This document shows, in pieces, positions 16,205 through 25,016 of a DNA stretch of 64,000 nucleotides. A program made the translations under genes and the position numbers. Numbering within the stretch: position 1 is the stretch's first letter; every line of letters starts with the position of its first letter. The notes under the pieces are model-generated. The model searched no databases, was not told the DNA's origin, and was given only the letters and a program-made list of their open reading frames with translations. The stretch is from the IMG/VR virus record IMGVR_UViG_3300021599_002865; one strand, written 5' to 3'. This DNA comes from an uncultured virus (IMG/VR IMGVR_UViG_3300021599_002865) (Duplodnaviria; Heunggongvirae; Uroviricota; Caudoviricetes).

Positions 16205-17054
16205 CAAAATCAAGTTCTGGTTGATTTTTTTTATCTATAAAATGTTGAACTCTTTTTCGAGCGACTTCCGCATAATTAGGACTGAGTTCAATCCCTATCC
16301 ACCTTCTATCTAATATCTCTGCCGCACATGCACTTGTTCCACTTCCCATGAATGGGTCAAGAACCAAATCGTTCTTATAGGTTAATATTTTTATGGCTTT
16401 CGCTGGAATATCCATTGAGAAGGTTGCCTTGGTAAGTTGTTTTGTATCAGCGAAATAGTCCCATTGACCATATACTAAATCCATAAACTCACGTTTTTGC
16501 TCCTCAGTATACATTGTCTTATTTCTTTTTTTTCCATCCTCACTCTCGATTTCCTCAACAACTCCAACCCATTGCGGCTCCCCCTTAATCTTTTTGATTC
16601 TATCTTTTTTATATGCTAAAATCACACATTCTTTCGGATTGTAGATATAAGGAGAGGACGGTGACATCCATGAGCCCCAAGCAGTGGTCTTACTTCTATG
16701 TGGTGAGTTTTCATTCAGGTCAACCAGTCCGTAAAACTTATAACCAATTTTTTGCATGATTGACCATAATTCCGAAACCATGAAAATTCTCCCACCTTTA
16801 TCTTGTCTATTGATTTCATAAGGTATGTTCAGGGCAATTCTTCCGTCGTCTTTCAAAAGTCTGAAAGCTTGGGTCAACCATTTTTTTGAAAATTCCTTGT
16901 AATCTTCAAATTGAACGTCGTCGTCATGAACATCGTATTCGATTCCAACACCATACGGTGGTGATGTTACAATTAAATCAATTGATTTCTCAGGTAGGGT
17001 CTTCATGACTTCAACACAATCTCCTTGAGTTATTTTTCTTATATAATTTTCCAT
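16191..17054 (-). CDS. beta-class amino (N4-C/N6-A) DNA methyltransferase
   Basis: IVTSPPY precedes VLDPFMGSGT; GIELS. Confidence 0.9.
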   Translation of the reverse strand: MENYIRKITQGDCVEVMKTLPEKSIDLIVTSPPYGVGIEYDVHDDDVQFEDYKEFSKKWLTQAFRLLKDDGRIALNIPYEINRQDKGGRIFMVSELWSIMQKIGYKFYGLVDLNENSPHRSKTTAWGSWMSPSSPYIYNPKECVILAYKKDRIKKIKGEPQWVGVVEEIESEDGKKRNKTMYTEEQKREFMDLVYGQWDYFADTKQLTKATFSMDIPAKAIKILTYKNDLVLDPFMGSGTSACAAEILDRRWIGIELSPNYAEVARKRVQHFIDKKNQPELDFEKEV

Positions 17055-17455
17055 TACAACTTTCCCTCTTGTTTCATTTGTTCTCTAATCTTTGTTGCAG
17101 AGATATCATGAATGTCCTGAGGTGGAACATGTTCAATAATATCATAACCTACTCCTCTTCCAAAATTGACAGATTCAATATCGGGTATGACAATTACTTT
17201 TACCGTTTGGTCACTGAGCAATTGCCATAATTCTTTTTTTATGTTCGCCTCAACTTCTTGAGCGGAAAAAGGATTTTTTTCATCAGGGGCAATATCCCTA
17301 ATACAAATCAAAACATTTTTACCTTCGTTGAGTCTTTGGTCAATCAACCATCTGTGTCCAGCATGCCACGGTTGCCATCTTCCGATAAACATGGAATACT
17401 GTTTTGCCCCCGTGTTTTTTAACTTAGGGTCACCCTCTACGTGAATTTTTTGCAT
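17054..17455 (-). CDS. HxGH-superfamily (cytidylyl/adenylyltransferase-like) nucleotidyltransferase
   Basis: FIGRWQPWHAGH and ISATKIR motifs. Confidence 0.85.
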   Translation of the reverse strand: MQKIHVEGDPKLKNTGAKQYSMFIGRWQPWHAGHRWLIDQRLNEGKNVLICIRDIAPDEKNPFSAQEVEANIKKELWQLLSDQTVKVIVIPDIESVNFGRGVGYDIIEHVPPQDIHDISATKIREQMKQEGKL

Positions 17456-17879
17456 AGTCTAAAACTTTTTTTGCAGATACCTCAACACTTTCATTTGTGG
17501 TGTCGATACTAAGATATCTTTCGGTAGGTGCCTCATATTCTTTAACAAAGAAACTTTCTCTTCCTCTTACCTCTGTTGTATGAATATAAACCTCAACCAT
17601 ATTATCCCCCATCTTCTGTTTGAACTTGTCTCGTTGGTCTTTGTAAGGGGAAACCAACGATACTAATACATCTTTACCTTTGTTGTGAAGGTATTGAGCG
17701 ATTTGTTGTGCGAGTTCTATGTTCTTTCTTCTCCCTGTTTCAGAATAATCTTTATTATCGAATAAATCTCTTAGGTCATCACCGTCGATATGAAATATTC
17801 TATGGTCTCTAATGTCCAAGATTTCGTTACAGATTGTTGTTTTGCCAGCACCAGGCTGTCCTGTTAACCAGTATATCAT
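17430..17879 (-). CDS. cysC: adenylyl-sulfate (APS) kinase
   Basis: WLTGQPGAGKTT, IDGDDLR, R..NI, SLVSPY...R, YEAP. Confidence 0.85.
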   Translation of the reverse strand: MIYWLTGQPGAGKTTICNEILDIRDHRIFHIDGDDLRDLFDNKDYSETGRRKNIELAQQIAQYLHNKGKDVLVSLVSPYKDQRDKFKQKMGDNMVEVYIHTTEVRGRESFFVKEYEAPTERYLSIDTTNESVEVSAKKVLDYAKNSRRG

Positions 17880-18058
17880 TTTTTGTCCTCCAATTGTTTT
17901 ATTCTCAATTCATTAACGAATGATGAACCCATCCAAAGAAGTGTAATGAACTGCCAAGTAAAGTCTTTACCATCAATAAAAGAAAGTATTATCGAACCTA
18001 TCACACCAATAAAACCTAACAAGAAACAGGTCTTTGCTAGTAAACTCAATTTATTCAT
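17876..18058 (-). CDS. small two-TM membrane protein
   Basis: Two hydrophobic segments; overlaps its neighbours. Confidence 0.6.
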   Translation of the reverse strand: MNKLSLLAKTCFLLGFIGVIGSIILSFIDGKDFTWQFITLLWMGSSFVNELRIKQLEDKK

Positions 18059-18278
18059 TTTCTAAATTTTGTATTTTTCGGTTTAAGTAAAATGAAGCCT
18101 TTTTGAGGTCTTCTAATTCTTTTGAAGAATCTTTTTTACCGGCTCTTGCAACGTATTTGACTACATTGAAGAGATATGCATCTTTGTGTAACTCCCAAGC
18201 CTCACAAACTTTAATCACCTCGTAAGGATTTTCTTCTCCACCATAATGATTCGGGTGGTTTACCATTTCTTTACTCAT
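18051..18278 (-). CDS. DUF3310 family protein
   Basis: VNHPNHY...YEVI...NVVKYVARAGKK...EDLKKA.FYL. Confidence 0.85.
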   Translation of the reverse strand: MSKEMVNHPNHYGGEENPYEVIKVCEAWELHKDAYLFNVVKYVARAGKKDSSKELEDLKKASFYLNRKIQNLENE

Positions 18279-18481
18279 TATCTAGCATTTAAAGTTGAAT
18301 CTGAGATTTGACTGTGATTTGTGGGATATGAATCCAATTCTTTTTTTATGAACTCTTCTTGGATGTGATTTTGATTTTCATAGTTAACCAAATAAATTAT
18401 AATTGTTACCCAAGAAGCTAACAAAATAGACAAGTATATTTTAAGTCCATCATCTAATTTGTTCATTTTTTTGAGCCCCAT
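18278..18481 (-). CDS. small membrane protein (true start may be MNKLDD at 18466)
   Basis: One TM helix; stop/start overlap. Confidence 0.5.
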   Translation of the reverse strand: MGLKKMNKLDDGLKIYLSILLASWVTIIIYLVNYENQNHIQEEFIKKELDSYPTNHSQISDSTLNAR

Positions 18482-18588
18482 TTGTTTTCCATGTATTCAA
18501 TATATCTATGAGTCTTATTTCCATTATACAACATCCATACAATGTAATAGTCAAACCACCAATCTATTTTTTTTAATATTTTTTTCAA
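18463..18588 (-). CDS. 41-aa hypothetical protein (MKKILKKIDWWFDYY...), not in the ORF track
   Basis: TTG start; fills a gap; ATGA overlap with the next gene. Confidence 0.45.
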   Translation of the reverse strand: MKKILKKIDWWFDYYIVWMLYNGNKTHRYIEYMENKWGSKK

Positions 18589-18593
18589 TGTAA

Positions 18594-18782
18594 TTAAATT
18601 TCTTCTACGTTTTGAACGTGAAAGTCTTCACCTCCTGATGTTTCTTTTTGCCAATGGTCGTCATTGTCATCAATCTCACCACTCTCAACCATTTCGATTG
18701 CCTCATCTTCAGTCTCGGCTTCAACGGTGTAGGTGACATATTCATCAATAGTTCTCACACCTACGATTGTGAATCTTTTCAT
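18594..18782 (-). CDS. small acidic hypothetical protein
   Basis: VEAETEDEAIE pattern; tight operon packing. Confidence 0.6.
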   Translation of the reverse strand: MKRFTIVGVRTIDEYVTYTVEAETEDEAIEMVESGEIDDNDDHWQKETSGGEDFHVQNVEEI

Positions 18783-18783
18783 A

Positions 18784-18999
18784 TTATAAAAAGTATTTTT
18801 GTAATGTTTCTAATTTATCATCGGCATCCACCAACATTTGGAGTGCTTCTTCAGCATTTTTATAGAAATCTCCTGTAGAGTGGTCTCCAATTCCTGATGC
18901 ATGATTTGATAACAATTCCAAAGTAAGTAATGCTTTGGCTTTTTGTGCTTCAGCTTCTAAACGAAGCATTTCGATTAAATGATTCTTAACGTTTCCCAT
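18784..18999 (-). CDS. hypothetical protein
   Basis: GIGDHS motif in a helical protein; tight packing. Confidence 0.65.
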   Translation of the reverse strand: MGNVKNHLIEMLRLEAEAQKAKALLTLELLSNHASGIGDHSTGDFYKNAEEALQMLVDADDKLETLQKYFL

Positions 19000-19232
19000 T
19001 ATTGTTTGTTTTTATGTTTTTCAGATTTTTGACCCTTCTTGTAGGGTTTCTTTTCTACTTGTTCGGTTACTTGCTCTGTAGTTTTAGTTTTACGGTTTAC
19101 AAGTTTCCATTCTGATTTGGGAATATATGCCCACATACTCCCAACCATGTTGTAAGCGGTTTTGTCATCAACTCTTTTGATGTCACCGACCTCAACGTCT
19201 TTCGATGCTTTTAAAGCTTTAATACACTTCAT
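18999..19232 (-). CDS. basic hypothetical protein
   Basis: Operon packing. Confidence 0.6.
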   Translation of the reverse strand: MKCIKALKASKDVEVGDIKRVDDKTAYNMVGSMWAYIPKSEWKLVNRKTKTTEQVTEQVEKKPYKKGQKSEKHKNKQ

Positions 19233-19431
19233 TGGTTTTTTCCTCCATGTTTTTTATAGTTAATAGAATTTCTTTTTCGTTTTTTCCACTTTTGTAATAT
19301 TCATAAACTTTTGAACTCAGTTCATCTTCAAAAATTAACATATCACTTTTTCCATAATAATCTTTAAGACTATTGTTTTCAAGTGCTTTCAATGTGTATT
19401 CAGCTGAAATAATTCTTTTGTTGAATCCCAT
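19219..19431 (-). CDS. hypothetical protein
   Basis: MGFNKR start; operon packing. Confidence 0.6.
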   Translation of the reverse strand: MGFNKRIISAEYTLKALENNSLKDYYGKSDMLIFEDELSSKVYEYYKSGKNEKEILLTIKNMEEKTNEVY

Positions 19432-19449
19432 AAAACAAAAATAATAATT

Positions 19450-20229
19450 TTATAGTTCAGAGTCAAAATTATTTATTTTTTCTAAATTAACAATCTGAAA
19501 AACGTATGCCATTATTTTTCTTTTCATTATGGGTAAGAAAGTTTCCTCCATTGGGAAATCATTCGTGGACTTCAATTCAAAAATAGGTAAATCTTTAAAA
19601 TGTTCTTCTTCATTCCAAGTTGAGAAGGTTTCTATAATTGAGTTCAACGTTACATCACTTGGTAATGTGTTGTATATGAGGTTTAAATAAATTTTACTAT
19701 TGAAATTCTCGTTCTCGGGTTTTTTTATTTCATATTCCCAAATGAAAATTTCATTCAAGGATTTTTTGAAATAGTAAACATACCCCTTCCCCGCGGCTAA
19801 ATTATTTTTATTTCTTTTGAGACTGAGGTCCATGTGGTCGTAAGCCATGTTCCAAATTGACTTAGCCATATTGAAGGCGTCAAATAATTTGTTACCAGAA
19901 TATTTGATTGTCTTGTCAAGTTCATTGGATTCAGAATCACTTAATTGTCTTGGTTTTTTTTGAACCAATTCTTTAAGAAGAATCTCATCATCACATGACT
20001 CGAATGTCTTATTTGTAAGTAGTAACCTATTTTCTTTGACAAGTGATTGTATGTTAGCCAAATGAAGTGAAAGTTCTACAAAGTCAGGATAAATTTGTAG
20101 ATTGTTGAAATTGTTTTCGCACTTCTGAAGGTAATCCAATAAAGTATATTTGTTGTATTCGAAGTCAACAGGTTTTTTCAACATCCAATCGGGCTTCAAT
20201 CTGAACGGTTGTTTCTTTTGTCTAGCCAT
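19450..20229 (-). CDS. hypothetical protein
   Basis: 259-aa ORF. Confidence 0.75.
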   Translation of the reverse strand: MARQKKQPFRLKPDWMLKKPVDFEYNKYTLLDYLQKCENNFNNLQIYPDFVELSLHLANIQSLVKENRLLLTNKTFESCDDEILLKELVQKKPRQLSDSESNELDKTIKYSGNKLFDAFNMAKSIWNMAYDHMDLSLKRNKNNLAAGKGYVYYFKKSLNEIFIWEYEIKKPENENFNSKIYLNLIYNTLPSDVTLNSIIETFSTWNEEEHFKDLPIFELKSTNDFPMEETFLPIMKRKIMAYVFQIVNLEKINNFDSEL

Positions 20230-20255
20230 AACAAAAAGATAATTTATTATAACTA

Positions 20256-22016
20256 TTAATCAATTCTCATTACGTAAAACCATTGGTCTTGAATTTTCAC
20301 CTCATCAGCATTCCCATCGTAAGAATTAAGTGTTTGCCCAAATCCATCAGCATCTATCACCCCTTGTATAAATTCATCTTTGTCTATAAATTGTTCCCAG
20401 TCAATCCCATGCTCATTTAAAAAACCTTCGGGGTCTCTCATAACATCATCAACTAATTCATCAACTTTTTCTTCAACCAAATCATCAGGGAATTCTCCAT
20501 CAGGGTCGTTCTCAATATCATCGATTTCATCCTGATATTCTACTATCAATTCACTTAGTTCATCTATTTTATCTTGAATCGAATCATCATCTCCCCCGTC
20601 CCCAATTAGTTCCTCAAATCTCTCAATTTCTACTTCGGTTCTTTTTATTCTCATTTTGAGAATTTCGATTTCTTCTTTTTGTTTGGAAGATAATTGTCTC
20701 TCACTTTCATCCAAATAAACCTCAGGATTTTGATATACATCGTCCCCTAAGTAGTCTCTTGCATAGTCCGCGACTTGTTCATCGTCAATGAAACCTCTCG
20801 CAAACCCACTACTGAAACCGCCATAACCAATATCGTCAATTAATGAATCCACCCTTTCCTCACAACTTGATTGCATTTCACCCTCCGTTCCCACCGCATA
20901 TTTTCTATCACTCAAACCTGCATCTATTACCTCAAATTCCGTGCAATCATAATACTCTCCTGTGGGTATTATGTTGTATACATCAATTTTTTCCTCTAAT
21001 TCATTCAACTCATCCTCTAAGTCACTGATTTCGTCTAAAATGTCTGTTTCTACTTCCTCACTATTATCGTATTGGTTTTTAAGTCTCTCGATTTCATCTT
21101 TAAGTCTCTGAATTTCTATTCTGTCCTCATTTGTCAACGCTGAAACGTCACTTGTGTCAACCAACCAATCTAAAAGGGCGTGGGCTTTCAAACCCTCTTC
21201 AGGACAATCGGGACCAAGAGCCCATTCATTTTCCATCCTTCTCTCCTCAGCATCGTCTCTCATTTGCCTTAATATTCTTGCTTGTCTTAGTGCTTCTTGT
21301 CTCTCTTTTTCTTTTTTCGCGGCTTCTTTGTCATTAAAAATCTTTATTTGTTCAGAATACTCTGAGTTCATGTATTCAGTTATCTGATTAATTATCTCAT
21401 TGTATTTAGCGGTGCCCACATGAGCAGGATATATATTTGTTTGTTGGTCTGTGGCCGTGAAAAAACTTTTGTTACCGTCAAATTTGTTGAGCAAGGCTAC
21501 TTTGTAGAATGGGTCAGATGAATCAGCACTTCTATCTAAAATATAAAACAATTTACCCTCTGTGTTATAATAATTGAATTGGTGGTCTGAACTTGCCACG
21601 GTGCACCACTTTGTTCCTTTACCGTAATAGCATGAAGCCTGATGTGTTTGAGGATTCACAACAAAAAATCTTCCATCATCGAAAACAACTTTACCACCCT
21701 CAACTTGTTTATAATCTCTTCTTGGTCTGTTCGCATATTTTTGTAATTCATCACTGAGTTCGGAAACACTTTTATATGAATTAATATCAGTTTTAGGTAG
21801 GTTTGATGAAATCTTATCAAATTCTCTAAGTTTTCTGACTAAGTCTTGAAAGTTAGATTCAAAGTTCATCACCTCAAAGTTTTTGGCAACCCAATCCCAA
21901 AATTTTTGAGGAACGTTATCAATGATTTTTTTCAATTGCTCCTCAGAAAATTTCGTTCCATACTTAGCTTTGAGTTCTTCTGATTTGTTTTCTAATATTA
22001 ATTCTAAAATTTTCAT
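20256..22016 (-). CDS. hypothetical protein with an ASCYYG..TKWC domain and a very acidic coiled-coil C-terminus
   Basis: N-terminal domain resembles that of 36896-38218; TATTTAT upstream. Confidence 0.75.
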   Translation of the reverse strand: MKILELILENKSEELKAKYGTKFSEEQLKKIIDNVPQKFWDWVAKNFEVMNFESNFQDLVRKLREFDKISSNLPKTDINSYKSVSELSDELQKYANRPRRDYKQVEGGKVVFDDGRFFVVNPQTHQASCYYGKGTKWCTVASSDHQFNYYNTEGKLFYILDRSADSSDPFYKVALLNKFDGNKSFFTATDQQTNIYPAHVGTAKYNEIINQITEYMNSEYSEQIKIFNDKEAAKKEKERQEALRQARILRQMRDDAEERRMENEWALGPDCPEEGLKAHALLDWLVDTSDVSALTNEDRIEIQRLKDEIERLKNQYDNSEEVETDILDEISDLEDELNELEEKIDVYNIIPTGEYYDCTEFEVIDAGLSDRKYAVGTEGEMQSSCEERVDSLIDDIGYGGFSSGFARGFIDDEQVADYARDYLGDDVYQNPEVYLDESERQLSSKQKEEIEILKMRIKRTEVEIERFEELIGDGGDDDSIQDKIDELSELIVEYQDEIDDIENDPDGEFPDDLVEEKVDELVDDVMRDPEGFLNEHGIDWEQFIDKDEFIQGVIDADGFGQTLNSYDGNADEVKIQDQWFYVMRID

Positions 22017-22103
22017 CAAGTTTTCTTTAATAAATATCTTTTTTTAATTATAATTGGTTGGAAGTAATATTTATATAAATAAAAACTAAAAAATCTTTTT
22101 ACC

Positions 22104-22283
22104 ATGGGATGCGGATGTAAAAACAAACAGAATACCTCGCCTGAAGCTCAAAAGCTAGCTCAAGAGGCAGTTCAAAAAACAATTATGACCAAAAATCAAG
22201 AATTGAAAGAAACAGTTAAAAAAACTGTTGAAAAATATTATAACACCAACAAAGGACAAACTAACGGATACATTAGGGACTAA
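22104..22283 (+). CDS. 59-aa protein starting MGCGCKNK, not in the ORF track
   Basis: TATTTAT at 22068, clean ORF, terminator-like hairpin downstream. Confidence 0.65.
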   Translation: MGCGCKNKQNTSPEAQKLAQEAVQKTIMTKNQELKETVKKTVEKYYNTNKGQTNGYIRD

Positions 22284-22310
22284 TATGTCCACTTCACAAA
22301 AAAATAATTC

Positions 22311-22337
22311 AAGGGACAAAATTTGTCCCTTTTTTTG
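22311..22337 (+). terminator. intrinsic terminator
   Basis: AAGGGACAAA-A-TTTGTCCCTT inverted repeat followed by a T run. Confidence 0.65.
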
Positions 22338-22349
22338 TATTTATATGAT

Positions 22350-23360
22350 ATGGAAAATGAATATTCTATACGTGGTTTCTTGGAATCATTCAATAATAAT
22401 GACTTGGATGTAAAAAAATATTTTGGTGATTATGAAACATGGTTCAATGTGTTGAAGAAAAGAGGTTTGATGGGTGAAATCGACCCGAAGAATGCTGCGG
22501 GTTCCGAAGATTGGCAAAATGAATATCTTTTGTGGTTATACGATAATGATAGAGAAAAATATTACAAATGGATGAATGAGATTTTATCTGATGTTGTAAT
22601 AGAAGGTAAAGATGTTTATTGGCAAGGTGACAGAGTTGATTTAGCAATTTTATTTTGTGATGATAGAAGAGACGGTCCGAGTAGAGATACAATTGAAAGT
22701 ATTTTAGTTGGTGAGGATGTTTTCGAACCTTATTGGGACACAACCGATGATGTTTACAGAGATGTCATTGAAGAACTAACCAAAGAGAATTTAGAAATTT
22801 TTAAAGAAAGGATTGTTAAAGAATTATCAGGTCAACAGTTGAGTCCTGATACGGAAGAAATGGAGTTAATAGCCACTGAGCAAGGACATGAAAATTATTG
22901 GACTATAGATTCAGAAAATGTGACGAGAATAATCGACGATGAGGAGTCCATGAATAGTTTACTAAAAGATGAGCTTGCCGATGTAAAATCTGATTTATAC
23001 TCTGTTCATTCTAATTCATATAATTCTGCTTACGAAAGTGAGGTATATAATAGCATTTTCAATAAATTGGATGAATATTTCAACACCGAAAAAAAACAAT
23101 GGATAAATGTTCCCCACCCATACAAAAAAGAAACTGTGGTTGAAAAATTCAAAATACCAATATATGATTTCGAAGGTATCGTGAATGATTTTTTACATTC
23201 TAACAAAGGTTATGGAAATTCAGGAACACTTGATTACCATGGAAGTTTTATAGAAATAATTAGGGAAGAAAAGGATTGTCTCAGATTGTGGTTTCCTGAT
23301 TACCCTGACTCAAGATTGCTTGACAAAAACATAAATGAAATATTTTCTGATTATTTTTAA
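22350..23360 (+). CDS. acidic hypothetical protein
   Basis: ATG 5 nt after TATTTAT. Confidence 0.75.
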   Translation: MENEYSIRGFLESFNNNDLDVKKYFGDYETWFNVLKKRGLMGEIDPKNAAGSEDWQNEYLLWLYDNDREKYYKWMNEILSDVVIEGKDVYWQGDRVDLAILFCDDRRDGPSRDTIESILVGEDVFEPYWDTTDDVYRDVIEELTKENLEIFKERIVKELSGQQLSPDTEEMELIATEQGHENYWTIDSENVTRIIDDEESMNSLLKDELADVKSDLYSVHSNSYNSAYESEVYNSIFNKLDEYFNTEKKQWINVPHPYKKETVVEKFKIPIYDFEGIVNDFLHSNKGYGNSGTLDYHGSFIEIIREEKDCLRLWFPDYPDSRLLDKNINEIFSDYF

Positions 23361-24142
23361 TGGCTTACGTAAAATACATATTAGTTGAACAAAGAGGCTT
23401 TACTCCAAGAAAAACTCCTCCACCAAACATCAAAAATATTTTATCCCAAATAGAACTTTTCGAGATGTATCCAAAGATTTTTGCTCTTGTCATCAAAGAC
23501 GACAAATTAAGAGCAAGAGTTTTTATGAGGTATCAGGAGTTTTATGAGTCAGATTCCGAGACATTTAGAGGAAAAGGTTTCAAATGGTATGACTACGTGA
23601 AACATTACAAGAAAAAGACCAAGAAAGATTATTTCTCTTATCATGAAGATTGGGCAGGTTATAATATCCCTTGTAACTCAATTGAATCTTGTATGAAAGT
23701 TATTCCAGACGTAAATTTTTATGATTTGATAATGTTTAGTGTAATAGATACGATTAGAACGTTAGTAGGTGGAGAGGATTTCTATTTAATTGGTATTGAC
23801 CAAAGTAATGGTGAAGACCCTTCACTTATTTTTCACGAAGTAGCACATGGTCTTTGGTTTTCATCTCCAATTTATAAGAACAAACAAATGAAAAACATAG
23901 AAAGACTCGAGCCAAATGTAAGAGAATCGGTAGCAAGAAAAATAACTGGTATGGGATATGGAGAAAATGTGGTAGATGATGAGATTCAAGCCTATTTATC
24001 TACAGGGATAGGAGATAACATGACAAGAATCAAAAACATCAAACAAGCTCAATTACCTTTCAAACAAGTATTTGATTCTTATACAGGTAAAATCAAACCT
24101 AATAAAATAAACATAGATTGGAGGACTGATTTGAATGCCTAA
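23360..24142 (+). CDS. HExxH zinc-metallopeptidase-like protein
   Basis: IFHEVAHG...DEIQAY. Confidence 0.6.
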   Translation: MAYVKYILVEQRGFTPRKTPPPNIKNILSQIELFEMYPKIFALVIKDDKLRARVFMRYQEFYESDSETFRGKGFKWYDYVKHYKKKTKKDYFSYHEDWAGYNIPCNSIESCMKVIPDVNFYDLIMFSVIDTIRTLVGGEDFYLIGIDQSNGEDPSLIFHEVAHGLWFSSPIYKNKQMKNIERLEPNVRESVARKITGMGYGENVVDDEIQAYLSTGIGDNMTRIKNIKQAQLPFKQVFDSYTGKIKPNKINIDWRTDLNA

Positions 24143-24986
24143 ATTCATCAACATATTATCCGATATTTTATCTGAAGCTAAAAGATATAAATTCACACCT
24201 GAATTACTACAAAAAATTAATTCGGTCGTAGAAAACCTTTGGAATGACCGAAACAAAAATTACGGTAATAAGAAAGAGGTTGTTGATGTTATCCCCTTCA
24301 AAACTGCAAATGGTGTTGACGGTTTGGTAAAAGTGATTGTTAATCCAAGATTGAAATACTTGGGATTTATGGGAACTAAACCGAGTAAATCTTATGACCC
24401 CGCAGACATTTATATCGAGGTAAATCCAAAATATTACGAATCTAAGAAAAATCTTTATCTTACAATCTATCATGAGATGATACACGCCAGTGACCCAACT
24501 CAAAGTAGTTCTTGGTCTCCAAAATATATGTTGAGCTATGATGAAAAGTCTGATGAAAAGTATTGGGGTCATCCAATAGAATTCTTTGCGATATCAAATG
24601 AGTTCTTGGAAGGTCTTGTAAGAGAATTTGAAAGAAGAGCAAAAAGATTAAGAAAAATTGAAAACAAAGAGATTTTGGATAAGTCTTTGAAAAATATTCT
24701 CAACTATTTTGCCAAGGGTGAGCCATTAAATAAGCTCAGTCAAGACATTCTTTTCAGAATCAATGACGAACACGTAGGACAAGATTCATTCAAAGTTCTT
24801 AAGAATCTGACCGCAGATATGCCCCATTTGGCGGACTTACTTCCTGAAAGAGGTGAGGAACCATATTATTTACACTATGTCGAATTGATTAAGAAATTTA
24901 ATCCTGAAATATGGAAAAAGTTCCTAAGTATGTTCTACAATACAACTTTCGAGATTAGAGACATTATCAACAAAAACTATAAATAA
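24135..24986 (+). CDS. HExxH zincin-like protein
   Basis: IYHEMIHA...YWGHPIEFFA. Confidence 0.6.
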   Translation: MPKFINILSDILSEAKRYKFTPELLQKINSVVENLWNDRNKNYGNKKEVVDVIPFKTANGVDGLVKVIVNPRLKYLGFMGTKPSKSYDPADIYIEVNPKYYESKKNLYLTIYHEMIHASDPTQSSSWSPKYMLSYDEKSDEKYWGHPIEFFAISNEFLEGLVREFERRAKRLRKIENKEILDKSLKNILNYFAKGEPLNKLSQDILFRINDEHVGQDSFKVLKNLTADMPHLADLLPERGEEPYYLHYVELIKKFNPEIWKKFLSMFYNTTFEIRDIINKNYK

Positions 24987-25016
24987 AAAAAAGGGATTTT
25001 TAAATCCCTTTTTTTC
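24985..25016. terminator. bidirectional intrinsic terminator between convergent genes
   Basis: A8-GGGATTT-TT-AAATCCC-T7. Confidence 0.8.
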
